The translations under genes were made by a program, and so were the position numbers. This document shows positions 25,626 to 39,737 of a DNA stretch of 64,000 nt, piece after piece (the first letter of the stretch is position 1; every line of letters starts with the position of its first letter). The notes beneath the pieces were generated by a model, which had not been told where the DNA came from, ran no database searches, and was given only the letters and a program-made list of their open reading frames with translations. Origin of the DNA: Emiliania huxleyi CCMP1516 (taxonomy: Eukaryota); the NCBI RefSeq assembly GCF_000372725.1, contig NW_005201421.1, forward strand, positions 1 through 64,000. Direction: 5' to 3'.

Positions 25626-27771
25626 ATGAATGAGGCTCACCATCTCGCACTGGTGCTCGCCGTTGCTACTGCCGGCGCTGCGAACGTCGTGCTACCATGC
25701 ATGACAAACTACACCCTCGCCGTCACTCCGTCCCTCGCAGCGGCGCCACCGCCCTGCAGCTGGCGTCACTATGCGGCGTTTGCCGCCTCGGTCGGCGATG
25801 GCTCTTGGGCGGACGGCACTGCTCGAGTGGTGACCGACGCCGTGGGCGGCGTCGCCGCGCAGCAGGCGACGGAGCAGGAGCTCACCTCGTCGCTCACGAC
25901 GGCGCTGACCATCGTTGAGGCCCTCCGCCTCTCGCTCGGCGACGAGGCGTACGTGAGCCGGACGGCGGCGGTGGACGTGGACGTCGTGGGGTGGGCCTTC
26001 GACTGGGTGGAGCGGCCGGTGGAAGAGGGCACCTCCAACACCGTGACCGTCACGCCGTGGGAGGACGTCGCTGCGGCGACGGCAGAGCGCTGGGGATCCC
26101 TCATCGGCGGTGCGTTGCGCCGGCTGCTGCCGTCGGTCGAGCGCGTGGCAGTCCGCGGGATCGGGCCCGAGGCGCCTTCGCTCGCGGCGACTGCGATGCG
26201 GCCGGACGGGTGGCTGACCCTCGAGCTGGTCAACGGGGTGTACGCTCCTCCCGCCGTCGCCGCCGACGTCACGCTCCTCGAGAACTCTGGCATGCACGAC
26301 GACCTTTGGCCGTCGGATGGCGGCTGCGTCTCTGACAAGGGCACCTTCGCCGTGCTGACCGCGGCGCAGCTCTCCTCGCGCGTGGCGGCGGGCCGGTTGG
26401 GCGGGCTGGGGCTGGGCTGCCTTTGGCGGTCGTCGGTCGAGGCGATGGTAGCGTCCGGGCGCCTCTTTTGGGCCACATCGTACCAGAGTCACGAGCACCT
26501 CCTCGCCGTCGCCAACCTGCGCGGGGTCGGAGCGACGATCGAGCACGCCTTCCCGTCCGGCTTCGCCGAGCAGCCCCCCCTCTCCCTCGAACTCCTCTCG
26601 CCCTCCGGCTTGCTCGCCGAAGCGCTTCGAGACCCGTACGAGCGAGCCGTCTCGCGCAAGGAGGCGCTGTACGCCTTCACCACCGCGCTGTGGCGCCACC
26701 GCATCTCCGTCGGCGGCTTCGAGCCCACGCCCGCGACCTCTCGCAACGCGTACGTCCTCGCCTTCCGAGGGGCCGCCTCGGCACCGCCGCCCGCCGGCTC
26801 GGCGGCCCACTCGGCGTACGACGCCCTCTGGCGGGGGCACAACACCGCGCAGGCTGTCCGGCGCAGGCTGCAGTCCCACGCCTGCGCCGCCGCCTCGCTG
26901 CCCGACACGCCGCCCCGCCACGCCGCGGTGCTGCGCGGCGCAGAGTGGTGCGGGGGGCGGGTGCGCTGGCCGGACGAGGAGCCGACGCCTGCTCCGCCGC
27001 GATCGGCCGAGGCCTCCGCCCTCTTCGACTCGGCGAGGAAGGTCGCAGACGGCGGCGACGCGGCGGGCGCGGCGGCGGCGTACCGCGTGGCGCTCAAGGC
27101 GTCGCCGTCCGACGCTGCGGGCTGGGTCTCGCTCGGCGTGCAGCTGTCGGCGGTGGACGGGGCGGAGGACGAGACGCTGGCGGCCTTCGAGCAGGCCGTC
27201 GCTGTCGCCGAGCCGTCGGACGTTCGCCCGCCCCTCACCCTCGCCCGCTACTTCGCCCGCCTCTCGCGGCCGGCCGAGGCGATTGCCCAATTCTACGCCG
27301 CCGCCGCGGCGGACCCAGAGTACTTTGACGAGGTGAAGGCCGGCGTCGGGACGGCGCGCGCGCAGCAAGGCCGCCTCGCCGACGCGCTCGCCGATTTCAA
27401 GGCAGCGGCGCGGCTGACGCCGCAGGACGCGCGCCTCGCAAGGGCGGTCGAGTCGATGGAGCAGTCAGCGGCGCGCCTCGCCGCCGCATCCGACAGCTTG
27501 CGCGACGCAGTACACTCGGTGTGCGGTGCGGCGTGACGTGAGGTGCGAGGCCGCCATCGACGGCCGCACTTGCCCCTCACACGCCCGGCTGTGAACAGGC
27601 ACGCCGTGCCGCGACGTCGTCGACGCGTCGGGCACCGGCGTCTGCGCAGTGACGTGGGCTCAGGGCTGTGGCGACACTCCGCCGCCGGACGGCTTCTCGG
27701 CCGACGCGACAGTCGAGGCGCTCTGCCCGCTCGCGTGCGCCGCGTACACCTTTCGCGCGCAGCTGGGCTGA
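25626..27771 (+). CDS. TPR-repeat protein with signal-like N-terminus and short Cys-rich last exon
   Basis: AAAAYRVALKASPSDAAGWVSLG; AGVGTARAQQGRLADALADFKAAARLTP. Confidence 0.7.
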
Positions 27772-28115
27772 GTCGTCGCTCGCAGCGGCGCCCCGAGTGA
27801 GGGTGGGAGCGCCCCGCGACGCCTTACTTACCATCGCTAGTCTTCTTTGTATGAATACCGTACTCTAAAGTACACATCGGTCGGCGCTCCGGTTGGGGCG
27901 GCAGTCAGTGCGGCCGACAGACTCGGGCTCGGGGCTCCGCTGCGCATAGCACTGCTGGCAAGGGGGGGGGTCGTAACAAATCATCTTTACGTATCGTTAT
28001 AGAAGTTCATACCACCGTCACGGATGCAGTAAAATGAGGTAATAAGCAACGTTCTCTCTCTCATAAGCAATGAAGTTCGATACGAGAAGCCCATATAACA
28101 CCTTTACGACGCGCG

Positions 28116-28520
28116 CTAGGGGTGCTGCTTGCGCTCGGCCTCAAACGCGTGCGCGTCGTCGCCGGACGTGCCCGCCTTGCTGCGCTTCCAGGAGGCCGCG
28201 CCAGCGTTTGCGCCAGCGTTTGATACGACGCGCTTGGTGCCCGAGAGGGCCGCGATGCTGCGCGGCGCCGCCTCCAGGGCGTCGAAGCGCCGGTACTTGA
28301 AGTCGGTGCCGAAAAAGTCCCCCACCTTGTAGTCGCCGCCAGAGCCCTCGATGGCCCCTTCGGCCTGCGCCTCGGTCGTGATTTCGTTGGCCTTGAAGGA
28401 GCTCTGACGCCACCACAGCTCGCGGTCTGCGGCGCGCGCCGGAGCCGTGTGTCAACGCGGGCTCTTGAGAAGCAGTCAGGGGCGGGCAGGCGGGCGCACA
28501 TCGATCCTTCTTGCCGTCGA
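28116..28520 (-). CDS. Hypothetical protein, 3' exons only
   Basis: Protein-like frame ELWWRQSSFKANEITTEAQAEG..GDFFGTDFKYRRF. Confidence 0.35.
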
Positions 28521-29039
28521 CCGCGAAAGTTCTGGATACACTGGATACATATCTAACACCTAGGGTGAGGAAACGGCATCAATCAATCACGGGAGGCGCA
28601 TACAGATAGATGGATGAGGACGAGCCTGCCACGCCGACCGACGCGTGGTTTGCTCGCGACGCTCAGATTCAGAGTGCCTGAGAGCATGGCGCCGCTCGGC
28701 GAGGAGGCGGGCATCGGGGCACTGCTGCAGCGGTTCAGCGTGATCACTGCGAGTTTCATTCCCGAACGAACGAACGTAGCAGCATCGAGGACTTCAAGGC
28801 CGAGAACGCGAGCTGCGTGGATCCTGCATATGCAGGGCGTAACGGGCGGGTTTCCAGTCGTTGAAGGAAGGGGAGGCAACGGGATGCGGCACATGCGGCC
28901 GGAAACTTACAGGAGATCGCTACTCAACGCGGCCAAAGGATATCCACCTCGAGAACCTCGAGAACAGGAGATCCAAGAAAAAGAAACACCTCGCGCAGAC
29001 TTTGGCGGCGAGTATCGGCGTCCAAAGACCGTTTGCGGC

Positions 29040-29471
29040 ATGATGCTCCTTGCACCCGTTGCCGCGGCTGGGCTCTCCACGGCCGTCTTCTCGCTCCGCC
29101 CCGCGCTGCAGCGCGCCCGGCGCGCCCCGCCCGCGGCGATGCTCATCGAGGACCAGTTCTATCCGGACGACGACGCAGGTGCCGAGGGCCTACCTGACTC
29201 GCTTTTCGGCGATGACGACAGCCTCGACCTGGGTCTGGTGAGCATGCCGCTCCTGCAGACACCCGCGCAGGCCTCGTTCCAGCGCTTCCGCGAGCGCATG
29301 CAGCAGCGGCGCGGCGGGCCGCAGCTGGGCGTCAACGGCGAAGACAACCCGATCGGCCGCTGCATCCTTGGGGATGCTGACCCGGCCGCAGGGACGGAGG
29401 GCGGGAACGACTTGGGCTTCTCGCTGAAGGAAACCATCTTTGACAGCGGTGACGACGTCTTTGGCATCTGA
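29040..29471 (+). CDS. Hypothetical plastid-targeted acidic protein
   Basis: MMLLAPVAAAGLSTAV-FSLRPALQRARR bipartite-like leader. Confidence 0.5.
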   Translation: MMLLAPVAAAGLSTAVFSLRPALQRARRAPPAAMLIEDQFYPDDDAGAEGLPDSLFGDDDSLDLGLVSMPLLQTPAQASFQRFRERMQQRRGGPQLGVNGEDNPIGRCILGDADPAAGTEGGNDLGFSLKETIFDSGDDVFGI

Positions 29472-29996
29472 AAGACGTCTGGCGATCCACGGCAAGGGAC
29501 TGCCGAAGACGCAGCAAGTTCCTTGGCGGGGGCATGTGCCATGTCTGGAGCTCTGCCAAGCAATTGCGCGCTAGCGCCTGTACTCTCCATGTGGTGTATA
29601 GTTTTCCTGCTGTATTATTCGAAAGTACCATGAGAGGGGCGGTGCGCCCACCGCAGGGGCTCAGTCCTCAGACTCTAAAGTACACCCATAGAACCAAACC
29701 GCGACGGGCTGGGGGACGTGGGAGCTCTCTGCTGCGTGCTGCGCAGAGGCCAGAGCGCACATACCTGGGCGCACACCGGGGCCGGGGCGCGCGGGGGCCC
29801 GGGGCCAGGCCCGGGGGGAGAACATGCTACTACATGGGGCCGCCGCGCGTCCAAAAAGGCAAAGCGACGCCACACTACACCGACGAGACATGAATGACGG
29901 GCTCACGCGTGCACAGAGTGGGCGCGGCACACTCCAACCCTTCTCACTCCGACGACGGCCTCGCCGCTCTGTGAGGAGGGGAGAGGGGTGGGGCCC

Positions 29997-30407
29997 TCAA
30001 GGGGATGGGGGCGGCAGCGGCAGAGACCCGCCCCCTGGAATTGGCTGCTTGAGCCATCTCCTCCTCGCCGCCGCCCTCGCCTTTGAGCACCCGCGCAGCT
30101 GTTGCAGCCCAACGAGCCGCAGCCCGCGGCACTCCCCGCTCGCTGCCTGCGCGCAGCTGAACCGACAGCCTCCGCGTCCCGCCACGCGCTCAAAGCTAAT
30201 GTTTTCCAGGAGCGCCAGCGCGCCGCCGCGCACCTCCCCAATGTACGAGGTTGCAATGGCGATGCCCGCGGTGACGCTCACGTCGACGAAGCGCACATCG
30301 CGGACGTAGCCGCCGCGGCCGGGACACGTCTTGATCTTGAGCCCGCGCGAGCCGGCAAAAGTAGAGTCGCGCACCGTTACGTTGGCCACCCCGCCGGCTT
30401 GGGGCAA
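29997..30407 (-). pseudogene. C-terminal fragment of a GH28 polygalacturonase-like protein
   Basis: GGVANVTVRDSTF..GLKIKT.PGRGGYVRDVRF (RIKT-type motif); no N-terminal catalytic region upstream. Confidence 0.7.
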
Positions 30408-30787
30408 ACGTAGATTTCCCGAAATATTTTGAGAAATATGACAGGCTTGTTCGGAAGGAGAAATTTCCGGAAATTTACCATACCTGTGACAAGATCCTAC
30501 TATTCATATACGAGTACTGTTCCCAATCATACTGTGCTCACTCAGCCCACGCGGCGCTCGTTGATGCGGAGCATTACGGCTGTCGTGCCCGCAGCACGAC
30601 AGCCGTCAAGCCGCGCAGTCGGGTGGACGCGTCGCGTCGGACTTTTTGCCACCACCTCCACGAGTCTGTCCAGTGCACCCACTGGCCAGATGCCGGGCCT
30701 CGGAGGCTGAATCGAGCGCCGAGTCAGGCCGACCTGGCACTGCTGAGGCGGGTCACGCCTGCTGGGGCGAGCCTCGGCGAGACTGCG

Positions 30788-31159
30788 TCAGCTGTTCCCA
30801 CAGCAGGCTGGAAGTACCTCGCCAGCCCCAGACCCTTGGGGACACCTCTCGGGTGGGCTCGGGTGCACCCGGATGGGCTCAAGGTTGCGCATGGCCTTGC
30901 CGTTGGTCGAGCACGAGTCCCGCGCACCACAGACCACGTCAGTGGTCTGCACACGGCAGGTGGTGCCGAGGATGGTGTTGAGCAGCGCGCCAAGCTCGTC
31001 CCCGTTCATGTGCGTCTTCGTAGTGCGCAGCGCGACGAGGCGCTGCTCGATGCTCTTGAAGCCACCGGGACACCAGCGGAGCAGGACGGCGATGCATTCT
31101 CCTAGCCGCGTGGTGCCGTCAAAGATCACGCAGACACGCTGCCCCTCGATACTCTCCAT
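30788..31159 (-). mobile_element. DDE (hAT-like) transposase remnant
   Basis: VCVIFDGTT..AVLLRW..EQRLVAL..ARDSCSTNGKAM, an RNase-H-like pattern. Confidence 0.6.
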
Positions 31160-31795
31160 CGTCTCTGCACTGAGGTGTGAGGACTGAGCACTGGACTCTG
31201 GAGCGGATCTAGGATGTCTAAATAAATAAAAAAACGGACACCTCTACTGTGAGATGGGTAAAAAGGAACAGGTCCCCGCCCTTGCGATCTTTGTGCAGGG
31301 TTCTTTGTGGGTGTGGTCGGCGACTAGCCGGGGTCGTCCTCCCGATGGGGGACTAGCACTAGCCGTCTTCCACATGGTCCCTCGGGTCCCTGCTGCTCCT
31401 AATCTCTTCGTACATCCTCCTGCTGATCTCCGCAACGTCCTGCTCCCTCCCTCGTGCCTCGTCTCGCCCTGCGCGAGGAGCTGTGCTCCGCGTGTGTGAG
31501 AGAGTTCACATCTTGTTAAATTCTTTTACTGGGATACGGCGCTCTAGGCGGCGGTCGATTCCGCATGGCGCATGGTACGCGTACGGGACCCTCGTTTTAG
31601 TCTATAGTCACGCTCACAACAGGCTCTCACAAAGCCAACACGCTCAGTCGCTCACACTCTCGTCGCTTCAGTATACCAAGTCAGAGAAGAGAACAGAGGG
31701 AGTGCTACACACTGCTCCTCCACTTTCGGTCGCCCCCCCCCAAGGCTCGCGCTGGCGCTGCCGAGATCAGCAGCTGTCCTGCGGCGCGGCCCTGC

Positions 31796-32989
31796 TCACT
31801 TCTCCGCCTCGGCCACCGCGGCGGGCATCGGCTCCGTGTGCGGCTGGGGCGCGCCGCGCTTGAAGGGGGCGGTGTCGGCGAGGCACGCGTAGAAGACCGA
31901 GTCGAGCACGCCGCGCGGGTCGAGCCTTGCGTCGGCGCACGTGCCGTAGTGCTGTAGAGACCGTAGTGCGGCCGAGTGCACCTCGCCGCGCTGCTCTTCC
32001 GCCGCATGCGCGATGGAGCCGCTCGCGCCGTCTCCTCCTCCGCCGGGCGGCGCGCCGAAGGAGCTCGACCCAAAGGAGGGGAGGGAGGGCGCGTCGGGCC
32101 CTCGCCACGCGTCTCCGAGCAGGTAGGCCCGCACCTGTGCAGGAGAGGCTCCCGGAGAGGTCGAGGAGCCGTCCGGGCGAGCTAGCCCCCGGCGCTACTC
32201 GCAGGCAAGGCCCCTCTGCTGCTAGACCGCTGCTGCTAGACGCTGCTGCTAGACCGCCCGCTGCTGCTAGACCGCCCGCTGCTGCTAGACCGCTGCTGCT
32301 AGACCGCCCGCTGCTGCTAGCCCCTCGCCTCGGAGCAGGCCGACGCGGCGCACTTGAGAGCCCACGGGTGCTGCCTGCCGACCATCGGCACGCGCATCGA
32401 GAAGCGGCAGTGGTCGTATGCGTGGACCTGCAGGGAGGGTGCGGGGGGGGTCGAGGAGAGGTCTAGCCGGGCGGCAGCGGTCGTGGGCGTGCACCAGCTC
32501 GTGGACGAGCGTGTCCTCCACCTCCTTCTCGTCGAGCCGCTTGTCTGCGCACAGCGTGACGCGCCGCTTCTGAGGGTTGTAGTACCCCCTCATGTGCTGC
32601 CACATCCCTTCGGACGGGCAGCTGCGGCAGCGTGCGCACGGCGCGGGGTCCTCCTTCGACCCCTTGAGCGCAGTGCAGCCCGAGTCGAAGATCGAGCCGA
32701 GTAGCGTGCGCGCTCGCTCGCCGCGCAGGGCGCGCCCGAGCGATCGCTCGCACGCGGCGAGATCCGAGCTCGCCGCGCCGCCACGCCCATACGGGTCTGA
32801 CGCGCTCGGAGGTGCGGGAGCGTTCGCGTTGCGCCACCGCGAGTCATCGTCCGCCGGCTGTGCTGACCACGAGTCCTCGTCGCGCCAGGAAGGGGCGCTG
32901 AGGGTGGGGTCGACGCTGGTATAGGAGTCCTCCGTCTCCTGCGTCGGTACGGGCGACTCTGGCGGCGGAGGTGGAGGAGTGTACGTCAT
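31796..32989 (-). CDS. ATP23: Mitochondrial inner-membrane metalloprotease ATP23 (peptidase M76), multi-exon
   Basis: EDTLVHELVHAYDHCR, ACSEVRA, VFYACLADTAPF. Confidence 0.85.
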
Positions 32990-33622
32990 GTACCAACCGA
33001 TTCGCACTTTTCGATTCGCACTTTTTGGTTCTGAGGTGCCTGGTGTGCTCCGTGAGCGACGCGGTCCCGCCTTGGGGCGCGCTGGGGGCCTCTGAGTCAG
33101 CTCGGGCTCTCACACAAAAACGCACAAGCTCAGACAGTCGAGAAAGGGATAGACAGCAACGACAGTCAGAAGTCAGCGCTGGGTCCCAGGGCGAATGCGA
33201 TGACGGCCTCTAGTGTGAGACTCTCACCACCCACAGTTGGCTCCAGGCCTCACCCCTCCGGTCCTGGCCTTCCGGTTCGCCGGCTGACCCGCTGTCCCCC
33301 CAGGGCACCCCCCCCCCCCCCCCCGGTCCCCTCCCCCGGGTACCCCAGCCTCCGCCCACACACACACCCACACTGCATCGACTTTAAACCAAGTGTCCTG
33401 CACGTGGTCGCGCTCCAGGCGCGCGGCGAGAAAGGGACGCAGGGCGTGCAGGCCACCACTTTGCAGGTTAAAAAGATTTTGTCCTATCTAACGAAGGACA
33501 GATTCGCACGGCTCTCGCGCCTTGCGAGGCGGGGCGTGAAGGGAGAGGTGGGAGGCGCCGACTAGTCGGCTGCGGAGGCTCCACCTCGCCACCGGCTCTA
33601 CCCTCGCGAGGTCGCGTCGGCT

Positions 33623-34702
33623 CTAGCGCACGGTGTGCTCCGTCGGCAGGCCCATGCGCATGCAGACCCGCAAGCTCTGCCGCGGGAGCGCGCCGACCGC
33701 CTGCCGGACCGCGACCGCGGAGGTGGTGGTGGAGCGGGCCCGCTTGGACGGGCCACCCTCCGAAGGGGCCTCCCGCTTCGGCCGCGTCAGGACGAGATCG
33801 GCCATCCCGGCCATCTCGCGGCTGGTGAAGCAGGAGAGCCGGCGCTGCTTGGGCGGCGTCTCGTCGGGCCGCGGCAGCGGGGTCTCGTCGCCCTTGTTGA
33901 CGGGGCGGCGGCACATGGGACAGTCGGCGGTGCAGCCGTCGCCAAAGCAGCGGTAGAGGCACGAGCGGTGGAAGATGTGGCCGCCGCCGGGGCACGCAGT
34001 CTTGACGAGGCCTCCGGTCGAGGGCTCGAGCGTCTCGAGGCAGATGGGGCACTCCTTCTCGCCGCGCGTGCCGTCGCTCGCCGCGCGCGCCTCTGCGCGG
34101 CGGTGCCGGCGGGCGATGACGAGGGCCGCCTCCTGAGGCGTGGCAAAGCAGCCGAGAACGAGGTCCCCGCCCTCGCACCTAACCGTGGCTCGGTACGGCC
34201 TCGAGCGCCCCTTGAACTCGGAGACGCCCTTGAAGCCCGTCGCGTTCTTGTCCGACAGCTCCAGCGTCAGGCCCTCAACCTCCGCCGCCGCTTCAGCCTC
34301 CTCGGGGGACATTGGCTTCTTGGGCGCCAGCGTAGCGGCGGGGGTGGCCATCCCCTCCTCGGCGAGGGCCTGGCACAGCGGCGTGGCCACCCCCTCCTCT
34401 GCCGCGCGGCGGGCGATGACGAGGGCCGCCTCCTGAGGCGTGGCAAAGCAGCCGAGGGCGAGTTCGTTTCCGTTGCAATACGCCCGCGCCACGTACGGCC
34501 TCGCACGGCCATTCTTGATCTTGCCGACGCACTTGAAGCCAGTGGCGCTCTTGTCCGACAGCGCCAGCGTCAGGTTCTCAGCCTCCGCCGCCGCTTCAGC
34601 CTCCTCGGCCGTAAGCGGCTTTGGCGGCTCCGGCCCTAAGCCCAGCGCCTCTTGCACGGAGATAAGCGCCCCTCCTGGAGGCCCGGGCATCATCATGGCC
34701 AC
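33623..34702 (-). CDS. Protein with two AP2-like domains and a RING-H2 finger
   Basis: 2x LSDKxATGFKxV..RPYxA..LGCFATPQEAALVIARR; CPICLE..C..GHIFHRSCL..CPMCR. Confidence 0.8.
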   Translation of the reverse strand: MAMMMPGPPGGALISVQEALGLGPEPPKPLTAEEAEAAAEAENLTLALSDKSATGFKCVGKIKNGRARPYVARAYCNGNELALGCFATPQEAALVIARRAAEEGVATPLCQALAEEGMATPAATLAPKKPMSPEEAEAAAEVEGLTLELSDKNATGFKGVSEFKGRSRPYRATVRCEGGDLVLGCFATPQEAALVIARRHRRAEARAASDGTRGEKECPICLETLEPSTGGLVKTACPGGGHIFHRSCLYRCFGDGCTADCPMCRRPVNKGDETPLPRPDETPPKQRRLSCFTSREMAGMADLVLTRPKREAPSEGGPSKRARSTTTSAVAVRQAVGALPRQSLRVCMRMGLPTEHTVR

Positions 34703-35111
34703 AGAGGATAAATGGCTGACACGTTTCCAGAGGTTTCTTTTCTTCGCGGTTGGCTGTTCTTCACCTTTCTACCTACCTACCTACCGACCTGAGCTCTTAC
34801 GAACATACCCGAGGGTGAACTGCTGACAGGGTTTGAGAGAGAGAGAGAGAGTTTGTCAGGGTTTGTGATGAGGAGCGATCCGAACGTGGTATTCGGGTGA
34901 TTATTCTTCTTTCTTGAATTCCATGTGTAGAGGTTGCCGGTTAAGCGGAATTCCTATTCTCTGGCCGTCACCGAAAGAAAGAAGGAAACAGAAAGAAAGC
35001 TGCACGTGTGTATGTATGCTGCACGGTCGCATTCGGCATTCCATTGGCCTCCTTGAGGGTCGTAAATCACAGCGTACGTAGTACGTATAGGGGCACCTGT
35101 CCACGTCATGC

Positions 35112-36047
35112 CTAAGGGCACTGAACGTCAAGAGAGATTTGTTGGTTTTCTAAAATCTCTCTCTGAACGCGATTTCCACAATCTTGATTCTTGTCGAACA
35201 CTGTGGTCACGTTCCGTTGCAGCGATGCCCATTTGCTGTGTGGGATCGCTCTAAGGAGCGAGCGAAGATTTGGCACGTCATATGCGCATATCACGATTCG
35301 GCACGGTCACCGAGAAGAACTCCCAGCGCAGCATACCGGCAAACGGCGGGAGGAGGCCTCCTGCGGACCCAATCATGACCGGGACGCCTCCTGCGGACAT
35401 CACCTCCATCAGCCGGTAGGAGAGCGCTCCGCCTCGGCGAGGCACCAAGCCATACTTGCACCTTTGCATCTCCGCGCGATAGTCGTACTTGCACGGCCCG
35501 CTCGAGTCGCACGCCCGAAACGTCGCCGTTGAACGATGGCTGCCCGTGGCTTTGCGACTAGTGCTGACTCTGCCTTTGAAGAACGCGAGCGTCGTCTTGC
35601 CCGCCTGATTTGATCTCGCCACCGCAGGGAAAGCGGCGTGGAGGGATGGCAGCGGCATTGTTTGTCACAAACAGGCCAAACTTGTTGGCATTCCGCTTGC
35701 TTGCTGTTCTTCATGAGCACGGCGCATCCAAAGTCCATTTTTTTGTTTTTACCAAAAGGAGGGCTACACGACGCCCTCTACGCTGGGGTGCCGGCGCCCT
35801 ACTGGGCGCCCCCCGCTCCCTTCCCCTCAGAGCCCCCCATCCCACTAGCATTCCCCCGCGGGGACTTTTCTCTGCCTCCGTGGTCCCAGTCTTCGTCACT
35901 GAAGTCCATTGCCACGTGGAAATCTCCTCTTGCCCCCCACGATGGTAGCGACGCGAGGTCTTTATGGCCGGGCTGGATAAAATGCCACTCAGGCCCACTC
36001 GCTGCGGCATGAAGATCCGTCAGGAAGGTAGGTAGGTTTGCCGTCAT
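35112..36047 (-). pseudogene. Frameshifted exostosin (GT47)-like glycosyltransferase
   Basis: LAFFKG..YRAEMQRCKYGLVPR..SYRLMEVMSAGGVPV..LPPF..W..FSVTVP; continues in other frames. Confidence 0.7.
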
Positions 36048-36889
36048 TAGAGACGGCCATCCCGCATTAGAGACGGCCCTGATCCCCGTTTGTGCCGCGT
36101 TTGTGCCCCGTTTGTGCCGCGTCCCGTGCCCCCGAGTTCATTTTAAGAATGTGATCAGCTCCATGCGATCTCGGATATTTTTCGTAGGCACCGGAACGCC
36201 AAAAAACTACTATGTCTTCGAGTGCGCCGGTTCTCTTCGCGAACTATTTTTTCTTTTTTTGATGTATGTAGCTCTTACGAACATACCCGTAGGTGAACTG
36301 CTGACAGGGTTTGCGATGAGGAGCGATCCGAACGTGGTATTCGGGTGATTAGATCACTACCGCCGAAGCGCAAGCGCTTGGAGCAAGGGAACTGCCACGT
36401 ATGGGTCCCAGACTAGCACCCCACCTCGCGGGCCGACGTTCTGGCCCAGCAAGGCTGCTGCGGAGCACTCGGGGCCGATGTTCTGGCCCAGCGAGGCCGC
36501 TGCGGGGCACCCGGCGGCTCGGTTCGCTCATCAGCGCAAACTCGGTCGAGCAGAAAGTAAGGTGTGTGTGTAAAGGCGGCGCGGCACGGTAAGGGTCGGC
36601 GGTAAGGCGGCGCGGCGGCAGCAGGCGGCAGGCAGGACATCGGACGGCGGGACATACGGCGCGGCGGGCGCGGCACTGTAGGAGCGGCCGCGGTACGGCG
36701 GCACGGCGGTAACGGACGGCAAGGGGGGGCGGCAGCAATAATATCGTTGGCCGAAGCTTCGTTGGCCGAAGCCTCGGTTTTTTTGTACCGGCCGTGAACA
36801 ACTTTTTTGGGGGCGGGGGTGTGGGTCGTGGCGAGGCTCCCTCGCAGGACGCACTATTTCGATCACCCCACAACAAATGACGCTGGATC

Positions 36890-39502
<2,613 letters not shown>

Positions 39503-39557
39503 CAGCGCGGAGAACGCCGCGCGTCGTTGACGTTGCCTTTTTTTATTTTTTTTTTTA

Positions 39558-39737
39558 CAGGTCAGCCGAATTTAAGATTTGAAGGCGGGGAGTCCGTTAG
39601 CCTTAAAATCTTGAAAATGTGTGAACGGACAGCTAAAATCTTGCGAAAATGCGCCCCAGAGCTCTAAAATCTTGGTCTAAAATCTGAAAATCGCCGGCCT
39701 GCGGCCGGCCTCTAAAATCTTAAATTCGGCAGACTTG
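39558..39737. mobile_element. 180-bp Tc1/mariner-like MITE with TA TSD
   Basis: TA|CAGGTCAGCCGAATTTAAGATTT ... AAATCTTAAATTCGGCAGACTTG|TA; internal TAAAATCT repeats. Confidence 0.8.

Noticed and set aside
25692..27368. Long antisense ORFs opposite real genes
   Set aside because: Expected shadow ORFs from GC-rich codon usage
31248..31510. Possible solo LTR (TGTGA...TCACA)
   Set aside because: No matching TSD and no second copy in the window
36287..36301. CCGTAGGTGAAC resembling the 18S rRNA 3' end
   Set aside because: Only ~12 nt match, no flanking rRNA similarity, and the sister copy differs
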